In this document: positions 38,901-47,567 of the stretch, one piece after another | Layout: every line of letters starts with the position of its first letter | Position numbering within the stretch: position 1 is the stretch's first letter | Source: Candidatus Woesearchaeota archaeon | GTDB taxonomy: Archaea > Nanobdellota > Nanobdellia > Woesearchaeales > UBA10216 | DNA length: 64,000 nt | Assembly (NCBI GenBank): GCA_016180195.1 | Contig: JACPBS010000007.1 | Span: 9,104 to 73,103 of the forward strand | Reading direction: 5' to 3' | Translations under genes and position numbers: made by a program | Notes under the pieces: model-generated | Told to the model about the DNA's origin: nothing | Database searches by the model: none | The model's input: the letters and a program-made list of their open reading frames with translations, nothing else

Positions 38901-39823
38901 GTCAGGTTATTGCGATTTGTGAAAGAGGAGAGCTGGTCAGACCTCGTGCTGGAAGAAACTGCAGTTGCATTGCGGATGCATGCCGGGGCACTTATGGAAG
39001 CAGAGCTTCCGCTGTTTCCAGCAGCAATAACAACACTTATGTTGGAAGCGACAGCAGAGTTGATTGAATTCCTGAAATAAGGGAAACTGCTGTCGCAATA
39101 AGACGAATAAGAGCCACCTCCAATGCTAATGCTTATAACTGAGATGTTGAACCTTGACCTGTTACTGACGCACCAGTCAATTGAATCCAAGATCGCGGAG
39201 TCATAGCAATCACCATTTAAATCGCAGGCCTTCAGAGAGACAATCCTGGCAGATGGCGCCATCCCCCTGTAAGTCGCGTTTTCCGATGCTATGATGCCAG
39301 CAACATGAGTCCCATGGCCATGATCATCCGACGGGTCAAAATCGCTGTTAACGAAGTCATAGCCTGACGGAACCTTTGCGCATGAGCCATTAAGGAATGA
39401 ACCAGCCGAACAGCCACCCATATCAGGATGCGAATAATTAACACCGGTATCTATAACACACACAGACTCTGTCCCACCGGTGATATTGGAACCGTTATAA
39501 ACCAAAGGCCAAAGAAGAGAGGCATTAACAAGAGGAACTGTTGTATCGAGAAGGATATGCCTTTTATAGTCAAGGAAAACTCCTTCCACTTCCGGATCAA
39601 ACTTTAGCCTCTGCAAATGAGACCTGCTTATTTTCCCATGAAAAACCTCTGCATTAACCTCAGGCTTCATCAGCACTATTACCCGAGCCTCCCCATCCTC
39701 CTGCAAAGCAGAAGTAACCTCAAAATCAACCCTCGCAGGCCTTGACTGGCCGGAAACAAAAAAAATCATCAAGAACGCGGCAAAAAGAAAAAAGAACAGC
39801 TGCCTGAATAGCCCGATAGTCAT
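35954..39823 (-). CDS. Membrane-anchored S8 protease with Ig/cadherin-like, Ca-binding and PGF-pre-PGF domains
   Basis: IDTG, HGTHVAG, GTSMS; DFDSDGVPD..DDDNDG; DCDD..HPGA.E.CN..DDNCNGQVDE; SPGFSMFAI; TM. Confidence 0.9.
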   Translation of the reverse strand: MTIGLFRQLFFFLFAAFLMIFFVSGQSRPARVDFEVTSALQEDGEARVIVLMKPEVNAEVFHGKISRSHLQRLKFDPEVEGVFLDYKRHILLDTTVPLVNASLLWPLVYNGSNITGGTESVCVIDTGVNYSHPDMGGCSAGSFLNGSCAKVPSGYDFVNSDFDPSDDHGHGTHVAGIIASENATYRGMAPSARIVSLKACDLNGDCYDSAILDSIDWCVSNRSRFNISVISISIGGGSYSSYCDSSFPYFRNSINSAVASNISVVIAAGNSGSSASISAPACIRNATAVSSSTRSDQLSSFTNRNNLTDLVAPGSDIVSLDFQGTVSTKSGTSMSTPHVSGAFALISNYMRVLSNSTISPAALEDAFNRTGRSINDSSGNGITFRRISVYDALLFLDPSAPNVSFVSPTPSNGSVVSSSSITINITANRTVSNALLEWNGSNYSMSRVSDTVFFVVFRNFTNGDSGFRVFANNSANIFGATSLWSVVMNNSGPAFLSKHPESSVLNIAEPSNQSFNMTFNDTDPVSISWLLNGSNQSGFFNISHFNFTGAYNSSGSYNITVIVSDGHMLGFLNWTLLVNNTDQPPVWNVAPQNFTIIEDANLSFNLSASDPEGSNVTYFVNDSRISVNSSGHANFTSELDYFGVIFLNVTASSPPFNVSEVIFINVTAVNDMPSVSQISNMTVNETDWINLTVSASDVESLFFNYSVNFSGFSQDSSGNFSWRTNLSSSGSYSFMVNVTDGEGSSAVFFNVSVVDRPDFDSDGVPDIYDSDDDNDGILDDEDYLFGYNHSFITLSGSIASSVFNISVNGTSNLSQRFNDTVLVNLTNGSVSMVEFYWNFTNSSLYLNFSLYSEPDNSTFGAIMVRGLALQQNRTKNVSIPAVNDTISTVCVKDSDVESLNDISRSCNNANETLVSCPGSSLGYACSLFNTSSNRTYMKISGLRFSAVRQQCPDADADDYYASGCGNGTDCDDARASVHPGASESCNNNLDDNCNGQVDEGCGGGGSSSGGGGGGGGGVASQASSKKITKLFMPVEPGKVLSMGIKNPSVAFSNITFASLLPFRSLSVSVEPFNGSGIEDAYQYLNITVSPRPDDMELETVFFYFSVNKSWLELNGFERDSVVLRRFRSYVWQELPVRRIGEDLVSFRYVGESPGFSMFAITAVSRQEKPVVDDFVPIAKPEITGLAVESKSNGSDDRGIIPVNDEVPVVLNQGFHLPVIVYFIVPMVLILFMVLVLVFLRKGGRDGDDKLLEDYVERTLALGHSRSKIRAALIAEGWPASKVDLALRRF

Positions 39824-39855
39824 AAGAGAAAAATGATACAGGTATTATAAATTAT

Positions 39856-40497
39856 TTATCTCTTCCGCCTCATCAACAGGAATACTGCCAGCACAACAGC
39901 CCCTATTGCAGCCACAACCAAAACCCCGTTAAAGTTTCCGGGCTTCTCTTGCCTAACCTCAACCTCTGTCTCTCCGCCAGGCTTACTCTCGGATTCCCCT
40001 ACTAACGGGGTCGTTTCCTGAGGCAGCGGGCAGTCAGCAGGGCAAAGGTTGTTATTCTCATTTCCCTCACACACCGTGTCGCCGCAAAGAATCGCCTTAA
40101 CCAGCATTGACTTTTTGTCCCTGCTCTGGCCAGAAGAATCAAACCAAACTGCATCAAAATCATAAGCATTAGACAATGAAGGAGCTGTTGCAACGTATTT
40201 TATCTGCATGGCAGCCTGAGTAGCGTTAAAGCTCCAGCCATGCCTGTTACCCTCAGCAGCCCTGTGGTTAACAGAAGCCCTATCAACACCAGAAACCTCC
40301 CAACTCACAAAAGAAAATGAATCAGGCAAGTCATCCTCAAGAGTGAAAGTTTTCCCAACCTCCAACGAAGCCAGGTTGAAAACCACTGTAACTGAATCAC
40401 CAGGGCCAACCCTGGCAGACATATCCCTGGAAACAGAAGCTGCGAAAACACCAAAAGACAACATGATCAGAAGCGCTGGAAAAACAAGCCATTTCAT
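39856..40497 (-). CDS. Membrane-anchored beta-sandwich (cohesin-like) surface protein
   Basis: Signal peptide; VSRD..V.PG..VTV..., LEDDLPDSF; CGD..C..NE....CP.DC motif; TM plus RRKR. Confidence 0.65.
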   Translation of the reverse strand: MKWLVFPALLIMLSFGVFAASVSRDMSARVGPGDSVTVVFNLASLEVGKTFTLEDDLPDSFSFVSWEVSGVDRASVNHRAAEGNRHGWSFNATQAAMQIKYVATAPSLSNAYDFDAVWFDSSGQSRDKKSMLVKAILCGDTVCEGNENNNLCPADCPLPQETTPLVGESESKPGGETEVEVRQEKPGNFNGVLVVAAIGAVVLAVFLLMRRKR

Positions 40498-41645
40498 TTT
40501 GAACCACCTGCGTAAAACTTCCTTATTATGTCAATGACCTCGAAAGCGGAATAAGACGGCTTTGCCGTGTAAAAGTTCCTAATCACATCAATAACCTCAA
40601 AAGCAGTGTAAGATGTCTTCTTCTCGCCGGTTATCGCGAAAAGCGAGAAACCGGAGACATCAGCCTCATAAAAATAATAAGCGCTATCCTCGCTCTTATA
40701 CGTCGTGGGCTGCTTCACCCAGGCATTGCTTATGTATTTCGCAAGGGCAACCTTGGAATAGTCAACCCCCTTTTCAGAAACCCAGGTTTTCTTGACCTGA
40801 AACTTGACCTTAGCGGATTTGATATCATCATCCTTGATGTTAGCCTTTGTAATGCTCAAATACTGGTAAACAGAACCTGAACCGGAGACAACAGCAGGAG
40901 CCTGGCTGGAACCCAGCGAAGTCTGCTTAACTGTAATCTGGGGATTGGTAACAGCAGAGGCAGTTGAAACCAATATCGCAGCAATCCCTGTATCCGCTGC
41001 CTTAGTCATCGAGAAAGTTGCAGTTGAACCAGCATCAACAGTGCCTGTGACAGTCTGGCTTTCAGAGGTTGTTGTGGAGGCTGATCCACCGCCACCACCA
41101 CTACTACCCCCTCCGCCACTACTGCTGCTTGAACTACTGCTTGAAGTACAGGCCGAAGCCTGGCACGATCCTGATGTCCCAGAATAAGGACTGGACATCA
41201 AAACCTCTGTTCCACCATTACAACAATAACCGCCGCTGCAAGCATTCGAATTATTGCAGGAAGCACTATTTGCTATCTCAGTAAAAGTAAGATTAAACCA
41301 CTGGCCATACTCCGGGCCAGGATGAACTCCAGCGCTCCACGATTCAGGAGTGGCATTGTCAGTAGCAGATCCCCAAACCCTAAAAGTTACGTTGTCGCCG
41401 GTATTTCCATTAGCGCCAACAGAATAATAGCCAGAAAAAGGACCCTGATAAGTTGTAGCGTTAGCCTTCCAAATCCCATTGACGTAAATATCAATAACAG
41501 TGCCATGAACTGCGGAAAGATTATTGCCTGTACTATTGGTAATTTTTACAAAGCCCCACCAAATACCTGGATCAGCAAACACAAAAGAGGAAGCTAAGAC
41601 TAAGGCAAAACACAGCATTAACAGCTTAAAACTTCTGCCAGTCAT
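40494..41645 (-). CDS. Secreted PGF-pre-PGF protein ending in a duplicated 19-aa motif instead of a TM anchor
   Basis: Signal peptide; Ser/Gly linker; VYQYL...SGFSLFAITG; AFEVID.IR.FY twice. Confidence 0.8.
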   Translation of the reverse strand: MTGRSFKLLMLCFALVLASSFVFADPGIWWGFVKITNSTGNNLSAVHGTVIDIYVNGIWKANATTYQGPFSGYYSVGANGNTGDNVTFRVWGSATDNATPESWSAGVHPGPEYGQWFNLTFTEIANSASCNNSNACSGGYCCNGGTEVLMSSPYSGTSGSCQASACTSSSSSSSSSGGGGSSGGGGGSASTTTSESQTVTGTVDAGSTATFSMTKAADTGIAAILVSTASAVTNPQITVKQTSLGSSQAPAVVSGSGSVYQYLSITKANIKDDDIKSAKVKFQVKKTWVSEKGVDYSKVALAKYISNAWVKQPTTYKSEDSAYYFYEADVSGFSLFAITGEKKTSYTAFEVIDVIRNFYTAKPSYSAFEVIDIIRKFYAGGSK

Positions 41646-41673
41646 TTTTCCCCCCCAAAATAAAAAAATAAAG

Positions 41674-44600
41674 CTAAGTCAAGGTCCTGCAGCAAAGCTC
41701 AAACCTCGGACTACCGCTTGTAATGTTGACCTGATATTCCTTATCGTTAGTATTATTGATGTACTGCAAGGTGGACCCAACCCAGTTTGTCCTGCTGAAA
41801 ACTCTCCAGCCGCTATCAGTACCATCAACATTGTAGTAAACAACGTTATAATTGCTGCCAAGCCCTCCAATGGATAGGATGTCGGATATGTTCCAGTTAT
41901 TTGTGCTTCCAGATGACCATCCCCATGATTCTAGGGTGGATGTCCTCGGAATTGTCAATGTTGTTGTCAGTGATGAAGGCCAGCTTGGGCTCTCATGCCA
42001 GGACTTGATGTACTTGTTGGGCTGCGAGTTGTTCACCGCATTATTGTTTCCTGAAAGATCCTTAACAGCCCCTCCGTTCAAGGTAATGTTAGCCCTAGCA
42101 CTCGGATCATTCCTCTGTATCTTCTTCACTGCAGCATCCTGCCCGTAAGTCAGCGTTACAAATACTGACGTGGAATTGAAAGGCGTTGCATTGGCGTTGT
42201 CAATGCTGGCAAGTCCGTCAGCATTGCTCCCATCAGAATAGTTGAAGCTGATCCTAGACCCTGTAAACGTGGATGTGTCCATGATCTCGTCAAACCCTAA
42301 AGTGAGCAACCTTGAAGACTCATTGTACGTCCAGTTTATGAGCTTTGGTGTTGACGTGTCAACAGTGAATGTCAGGTTTGAAAACGATCCCCTATTTCCT
42401 GCAGTGTCGTTACAGGTTATACTGTAGTTATAAACACCACTTGCGAATGTAACCGGGGACACATTGATAGCAGTGCCATTATCATTGTAATAATTGAATG
42501 TGGTGTTTAACTGCCATGCTCCGGTCATGTTGGTCCAAAGCTCACAGGACTGATTCCCCGCATCGCTTCTCGATGTGCTGTTGAAGTTATCTAATGCAGT
42601 AAACCTGAATGGCACACTGGTCGTTCCTGTCCTATAACCTGCACTTGGATAACTGGCAGTAACATTCGGAGCGCTTGTATCAATGTAAAATGTACTGGTC
42701 AAGCTTTCATTTGAGCGCCCACCACTGTCATCGCACCTTACCGAAAAGGTATAGACTCCTTCTGAAGTGAAATTTACAGGGCCAACAGTTGTATTCGCAC
42801 CTGTTGTGAAACTGACAGTCATGTTATTGGCCATGGAACCTGTTGCATTATGCCTCAATGTACAGGTGTTCTGATGCTTGTCAGAACCATTGAAGCTGAA
42901 CAGGATGGACTTGTTCACTGTATTCTTCGTATCCCAGTTCACTTGTGAAGCATTCACCAAGCTTACATACGGGTCCTCAAAGTCAACCTTCAAGGTCATA
43001 TTCGATATAGAGCCGAGATTCTTGGCAGTGTCATTGCAACTGACACCCCAAAGGATGTCAGAAGTATTGGAGAAGGTCACTGCTGAAAAGTTCATATAGG
43101 TTCCATTATTATTGGACCAAACCATTGTCTTGTTCATCTCCCATGCGCCAGTCATGTTGGTCCACAGCTCACAGCTATTGTTACCATCTGATGTGGAATT
43201 ACTTGAGTTCATACTATCAATAGCTATGAACTGGAACTGAACTGAACTTGAATTAACAAAGGTGTTGTTAGACGGGTATGTTGCGGTCACAGCCGGAGTT
43301 CCCGTATCAATAGTCAACTGCTGAATTGAACTGGCGATTGACCTGCCTGAACTATCATCACAATTGACCTGGAAATTGTAAACTCCATCAGAGGAGAGAT
43401 TTACCGGGCCAATTGAGCTGTTTGCATCTGAAACAATTGTTTCTGTCATGTTGTTCGCGAGTGTTCCAGTAGCATTATGCCTGAGGGTGCAAGTGTTGAG
43501 ATGCACATCTGTTGCATTAAAAGTGAATGTAACACTTCTTGAGCTAACAGACCTTGTATGCCAGTTAACCGATGTTGCATTCACCCAATTTATTGTCGGA
43601 TTGGTGAAATCCACCTTCACAGTGTAGTTATCGCTGCTAACACCAGCATTGCCAGAAGAATCATTGCACCTGACATTCCAAAGCACATCAGCAGTGCTTA
43701 CGAAGGTCAGCGTGATGTTGTTAGGCAAAGCATTCACAAACCCGGTATAATTCGTATCAGTGCTGTTCTCCATCCAGGATCCTGTAAAATTCGACCAAAC
43801 CTTACAGCTCTGGTTTCCAGCAGTCGTCAGGTTAGACCTGTTAAAGTTATCAACCGGCGTGAACTGGAATGAAACAACGCTATCATTAGTCCAAGTGTTG
43901 TTTCCAGGCCCTGAAATAGAAACTGTCGGAGCAGTCGTGTCTATCGTGAAAGACAAATTGGAACTTGAATAATTCGTATTTCCTCCTGTATCGTTACATG
44001 CCAAAGCATACGAGTAAACGCCATCATTTGAAAAGGTTATTGTTGACAAAGTCACTTCAGAACCACTCGCAAACGTAGTTGCTGAAGTCAAATTTGCAGC
44101 CCAAGAACCTGTCATGTTAGTATAAGCAAAGCACTTGTCAGGAGCGGCATCTGTTGCTGTTGCCCTGAAGACAATAGCCCGAGTATTTGCAGTCATTGTC
44201 CTCCAATCTATCTGCGAGGAATTTGAAGCATTTATATTCGGAGCCTGCGTGTCTGCACTTGATGTCAACGGATTCGTGGAAGAACCATTTGTTCCTGTAT
44301 TTCCTGCCATATCGGAAACAGTGAAGTAATATTCCATCGTCTCCCCGTTAAGGATAATGTTGGAAGTGTCAACCGTATTATTACAAGTATAACTTGGGGC
44401 TGTTCCATAACAGGTAAGATTGGATCCTCTCCAGTTTGATGTCCCCATCCTCCTGAACCACAAGGTCGTATTTGTGTGGTATGTTACATTAACATTGAGT
44501 TCTGCCACACTCACCTGAAATAAGGTTGATGTTCCTGAACTGAATACGCTTCCATTCGAAGGATTCACGCTTGTTAAAACAGGCGTGACAGTGTCAATTT

Positions 44601-46797
44601 TTAACGTCCCATTATTTGTTGCATATGCAGCATTTCCCGCTGTATCATTGCATCTTACATTCCAATAATAAATGCCATCGCTTGTTAATGAAAACGTATA
44701 ATTATGCAAACCACCATAGTTTACAAAACCCGACTTGTTATTGGCAGTAGTGTTCATTTCCCAGGAGCCAGTCATATTTGTCCAAAGCTCACAACTCTGA
44801 TTGCCGCCTGACACAACAGTATTCGTGACCGAGGATGCAGGCAGCGTGTTATTCATATTATCAACCGGCTCGAACTGGACACTGATGCTCCTTGTAGAGA
44901 ACCACCCATTCCTGGTATGGTTTCCTGAGAGCGTGACATTTGGAGCTTCTGTATCAACTAAAAATGAAAAATTAGACCCGTAATAGCCGAGGTTTCCTGA
45001 TGAATCATTACACTCAAAGGTCACGTTGACTACTGTGCTTCCAATTCCTGAAAGGTTGATCTCAGGGAAGGATACATTGATGCCACTCGAATAATTTACA
45101 GATACATTGATTGCCACAGATCCTGAAAGGTTATGGTACACGAAGCAGGTCTGGTTGTTTGCGTCCGATGCATTAATGGTGAAGTTCAGCATCGGCTGCC
45201 TGGTCGTCCTTGTATTCCAGTTCACAAAGGTCTCATTGATGCTGTTAACAACCGGGGCGGTTGTATCAAAGGTTATTGTATAATTCATTGTTGAATTCCT
45301 GTTTCCAGCCGAATCATTACACTGAACAGCCCACAAATAATCACCATCTGAAGTGACATTGAACCTCATGCTGTGAACGCTGCCATTCGTTACAAACCCA
45401 CCAAGATTAGTAGATGTGGTGTTAACCATCCATGTGCCAGTGATATTGGTCCACAATTCGCAGCTGTCATTACCAGACTGAGCATATGCTCCTGTGAAGG
45501 GTGAAACTGCCTTCGTAAGGTTCATGTTATCTGATGGAGTGAAATTTATCCATACACTCGTAGCCTTAAGCTTCCACATGTTTGTCGGGGCGCTGAGAGA
45601 CACGTTAGGAGGCTGATTGTCAACAGCAATAGTCAGATTCCTTCCGAAAGTAAAGTAGTTAGCTGCACTATCGTTACATGATATGCTGAAATTGTAAATT
45701 CCATTACCCAGGGCAGGTATAATAAAGCCATTTGGATCGATCACATTGAAGTTGGTTGTTATATTGGAAAAGTAATGCTGGGAATAATTTGCCCCCAAGC
45801 TCCCTGATGTGTTCGTGTAAAGGACACACGTATCATTTGACCTGTCCGAAACATTGAATGTAACATTAAATGATGTGGAGGAAGATGTCCCAGTAACCCA
45901 GTTTAGGGTTGATATGTTGAAGCTATTCAATAAAGGCTTAACCGTATCAACAGTTACTGACCACGGATTTGTGGAAGTTCCGCTGCTTCCTGTGTTATTG
46001 GCCAAATCAGAAGCATTAAGGTAAAACTGGATCGTGTCACCATCAGAAACACCGAGCTCACCTGCCATATCGACAACAATGGAGCAATTATAAGTATCCT
46101 CATAAGTGGTATTCACGTTTTGCATGCAGTCCATTGTCTTGAAGGGCTGGAAGCTTCCTGAAGTACCCCTCCTGTAGTAGAAGCTTGCTCCTGATGCATT
46201 CTTGTTATGCTCCCTGAGAGTGATTTCCCAATAAGCGCCGGCTGTGCTGTTAAGATATCCTCCGTTCACAGGGTTCTTGAGCGTCAGAACAGGAGCAGTC
46301 TTGTCAACACCAAAAAGATTCCTGCTTGTGTTAGAGGTTGTCCAGCTCTGGTTAGAATTTATAGAATCGTCCGGATTGTTGAAATATGATGTAACATTAC
46401 AAGTCCAGGCAAAAATCATGCCCCTAGCTGTTCCAAGGCCGGAAAGATTGAACTGGACCTGGGTGCCGTTATTGAATTTGCCGCTTGAAGTGCCGTTAGC
46501 AAGGATAGGATCAGTGGCTGTCTGGTTTATTGTCCATGCACCAGTCATATTTGTCCAGAGGGAAACGTTGGTTATGTTAGTCGAGTCATGGTTTGCTTCG
46601 GTCTGGACAGCGCAAAAAAGGCTTATGCTTCCATTTGTTGACCATGTGCCATTGCCTGGGGCACCAAGATATACCTGTGCAACAGCAAAATATACGCCAT
46701 AAATAGCCATGCCCATTACCAGGACCAAGAGAAGAACAGGCCAAACCTGCCTCACTCCACCATCTTTAGTATTCAAAAATCTAAAGCTAGAAACCAC
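41674..46797 (-). CDS. 1707-aa Ig-like repeat glycoprotein
   Basis: GTG start with SD; N-terminal hydrophobic helix; about 11 C..(W/Y/R)xN.(T/S)G...C(N/D)D..G...D..P modules; very many N-x-S/T sequons. Confidence 0.85.
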   Translation of the reverse strand: MVSSFRFLNTKDGGVRQVWPVLLLVLVMGMAIYGVYFAVAQVYLGAPGNGTWSTNGSISLFCAVQTEANHDSTNITNVSLWTNMTGAWTINQTATDPILANGTSSGKFNNGTQVQFNLSGLGTARGMIFAWTCNVTSYFNNPDDSINSNQSWTTSNTSRNLFGVDKTAPVLTLKNPVNGGYLNSTAGAYWEITLREHNKNASGASFYYRRGTSGSFQPFKTMDCMQNVNTTYEDTYNCSIVVDMAGELGVSDGDTIQFYLNASDLANNTGSSGTSTNPWSVTVDTVKPLLNSFNISTLNWVTGTSSSTSFNVTFNVSDRSNDTCVLYTNTSGSLGANYSQHYFSNITTNFNVIDPNGFIIPALGNGIYNFSISCNDSAANYFTFGRNLTIAVDNQPPNVSLSAPTNMWKLKATSVWINFTPSDNMNLTKAVSPFTGAYAQSGNDSCELWTNITGTWMVNTTSTNLGGFVTNGSVHSMRFNVTSDGDYLWAVQCNDSAGNRNSTMNYTITFDTTAPVVNSINETFVNWNTRTTRQPMLNFTINASDANNQTCFVYHNLSGSVAINVSVNYSSGINVSFPEINLSGIGSTVVNVTFECNDSSGNLGYYGSNFSFLVDTEAPNVTLSGNHTRNGWFSTRSISVQFEPVDNMNNTLPASSVTNTVVSGGNQSCELWTNMTGSWEMNTTANNKSGFVNYGGLHNYTFSLTSDGIYYWNVRCNDTAGNAAYATNNGTLKIDTVTPVLTSVNPSNGSVFSSGTSTLFQVSVAELNVNVTYHTNTTLWFRRMGTSNWRGSNLTCYGTAPSYTCNNTVDTSNIILNGETMEYYFTVSDMAGNTGTNGSSTNPLTSSADTQAPNINASNSSQIDWRTMTANTRAIVFRATATDAAPDKCFAYTNMTGSWAANLTSATTFASGSEVTLSTITFSNDGVYSYALACNDTGGNTNYSSSNLSFTIDTTAPTVSISGPGNNTWTNDSVVSFQFTPVDNFNRSNLTTAGNQSCKVWSNFTGSWMENSTDTNYTGFVNALPNNITLTFVSTADVLWNVRCNDSSGNAGVSSDNYTVKVDFTNPTINWVNATSVNWHTRSVSSRSVTFTFNATDVHLNTCTLRHNATGTLANNMTETIVSDANSSIGPVNLSSDGVYNFQVNCDDSSGRSIASSIQQLTIDTGTPAVTATYPSNNTFVNSSSVQFQFIAIDSMNSSNSTSDGNNSCELWTNMTGAWEMNKTMVWSNNNGTYMNFSAVTFSNTSDILWGVSCNDTAKNLGSISNMTLKVDFEDPYVSLVNASQVNWDTKNTVNKSILFSFNGSDKHQNTCTLRHNATGSMANNMTVSFTTGANTTVGPVNFTSEGVYTFSVRCDDSGGRSNESLTSTFYIDTSAPNVTASYPSAGYRTGTTSVPFRFTALDNFNSTSRSDAGNQSCELWTNMTGAWQLNTTFNYYNDNGTAINVSPVTFASGVYNYSITCNDTAGNRGSFSNLTFTVDTSTPKLINWTYNESSRLLTLGFDEIMDTSTFTGSRISFNYSDGSNADGLASIDNANATPFNSTSVFVTLTYGQDAAVKKIQRNDPSARANITLNGGAVKDLSGNNNAVNNSQPNKYIKSWHESPSWPSSLTTTLTIPRTSTLESWGWSSGSTNNWNISDILSIGGLGSNYNVVYYNVDGTDSGWRVFSRTNWVGSTLQYINNTNDKEYQVNITSGSPRFELCCRTLT

Positions 46798-46994
46798 CTT
46801 GCCACCCCTTTTTTCCTAAACACATTATAATGACACCACCTTGAACATAGAGTATAAAACCCCAAACCTCTTTTATTAAAATAATTTTGGATAGCCAATA
46901 TTTAAACTTTTTGGTTGACGAAATCGAGGAATTTCAATTTACAAGTATTCTTTTTTGGAATAATTTAAATAAAGGGCATAAGTTTATACGAACA

Positions 46995-47333
46995 ATGATC
47001 CTGAATTTAACGAAGAATATCCGAATAGGAGAGGGCGTTATTTTATCAGATATCATTGGAAAGGCAAAAGGGCTGATGTTCTGCAACCGAGTGGAAAATC
47101 CCCTTATATTTGCATTCGGCAAAGAGACATACATTAACCTTCACATGGTCTTCGTATTCTGCGCGATAGATGTAATACTCCTTGATTCGAACAAAACGGT
47201 TGTTGAAACCAGGGAATCACTAAAGCCGTTCCATTTCTTCAGCAGCAGAAAAAAGGCGAGATATGTAATAGAGGCAGAGGAAGGGACAATAAGGAAAACT
47301 GGAACGGAAAAGGGCGATAAGATAAAATTTTAA
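46995..47333 (+). CDS. DUF192 family protein
   Basis: KGLMF, LHMVFVFCAIDV, YVIE. Confidence 0.9.
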   Translation: MILNLTKNIRIGEGVILSDIIGKAKGLMFCNRVENPLIFAFGKETYINLHMVFVFCAIDVILLDSNKTVVETRESLKPFHFFSSRKKARYVIEAEEGTIRKTGTEKGDKIKF

Positions 47334-47361
47334 TACATGCACCTCAAGCTTCTATATAAAT

Positions 47362-47546
47362 GGGGACGTAGTATAACCCGGCATTATAGCCGGCTCCAGT
47401 TAATGGAGCGATGAGCTGCAGAAAAGAATGCGGCGATGATTAGCTGCTTGGTCTGTTGAGGCTAACGCTCTCAATGAAGAGACCGGCGGATCAGGGATGC
47501 CTGAAGAAGATCTTCAGGCACTGGAATTCAAATCCCTGCGTCCCCA
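47362..47546 (+). tRNA. tRNA-Trp(CCA) with two introns (37/38: 47400-47481; 53/54: 47497-47526)
   Basis: Acceptor GGGGACG/CGTCCCC-A; anticodon arm GCCGG-CT-CCA-GA-CCGGC; T arm CAGGG-TTCAAAT-CCCTG after intron removal; second intron has a clean BHB. Confidence 0.9.
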
Positions 47547-47567
47547 TATTTAAAAAAAAAGGGTAAC

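Noticed and set aside
47394-47482. Opal-reading or recoded tRNA suggested by GAAG opposite CTCC in the intron helix
   Set aside because: The anticodon is plainly CCA, TGA ends many genes here, and aRF1 motifs are canonical. A single BHB mismatch is the simpler reading.
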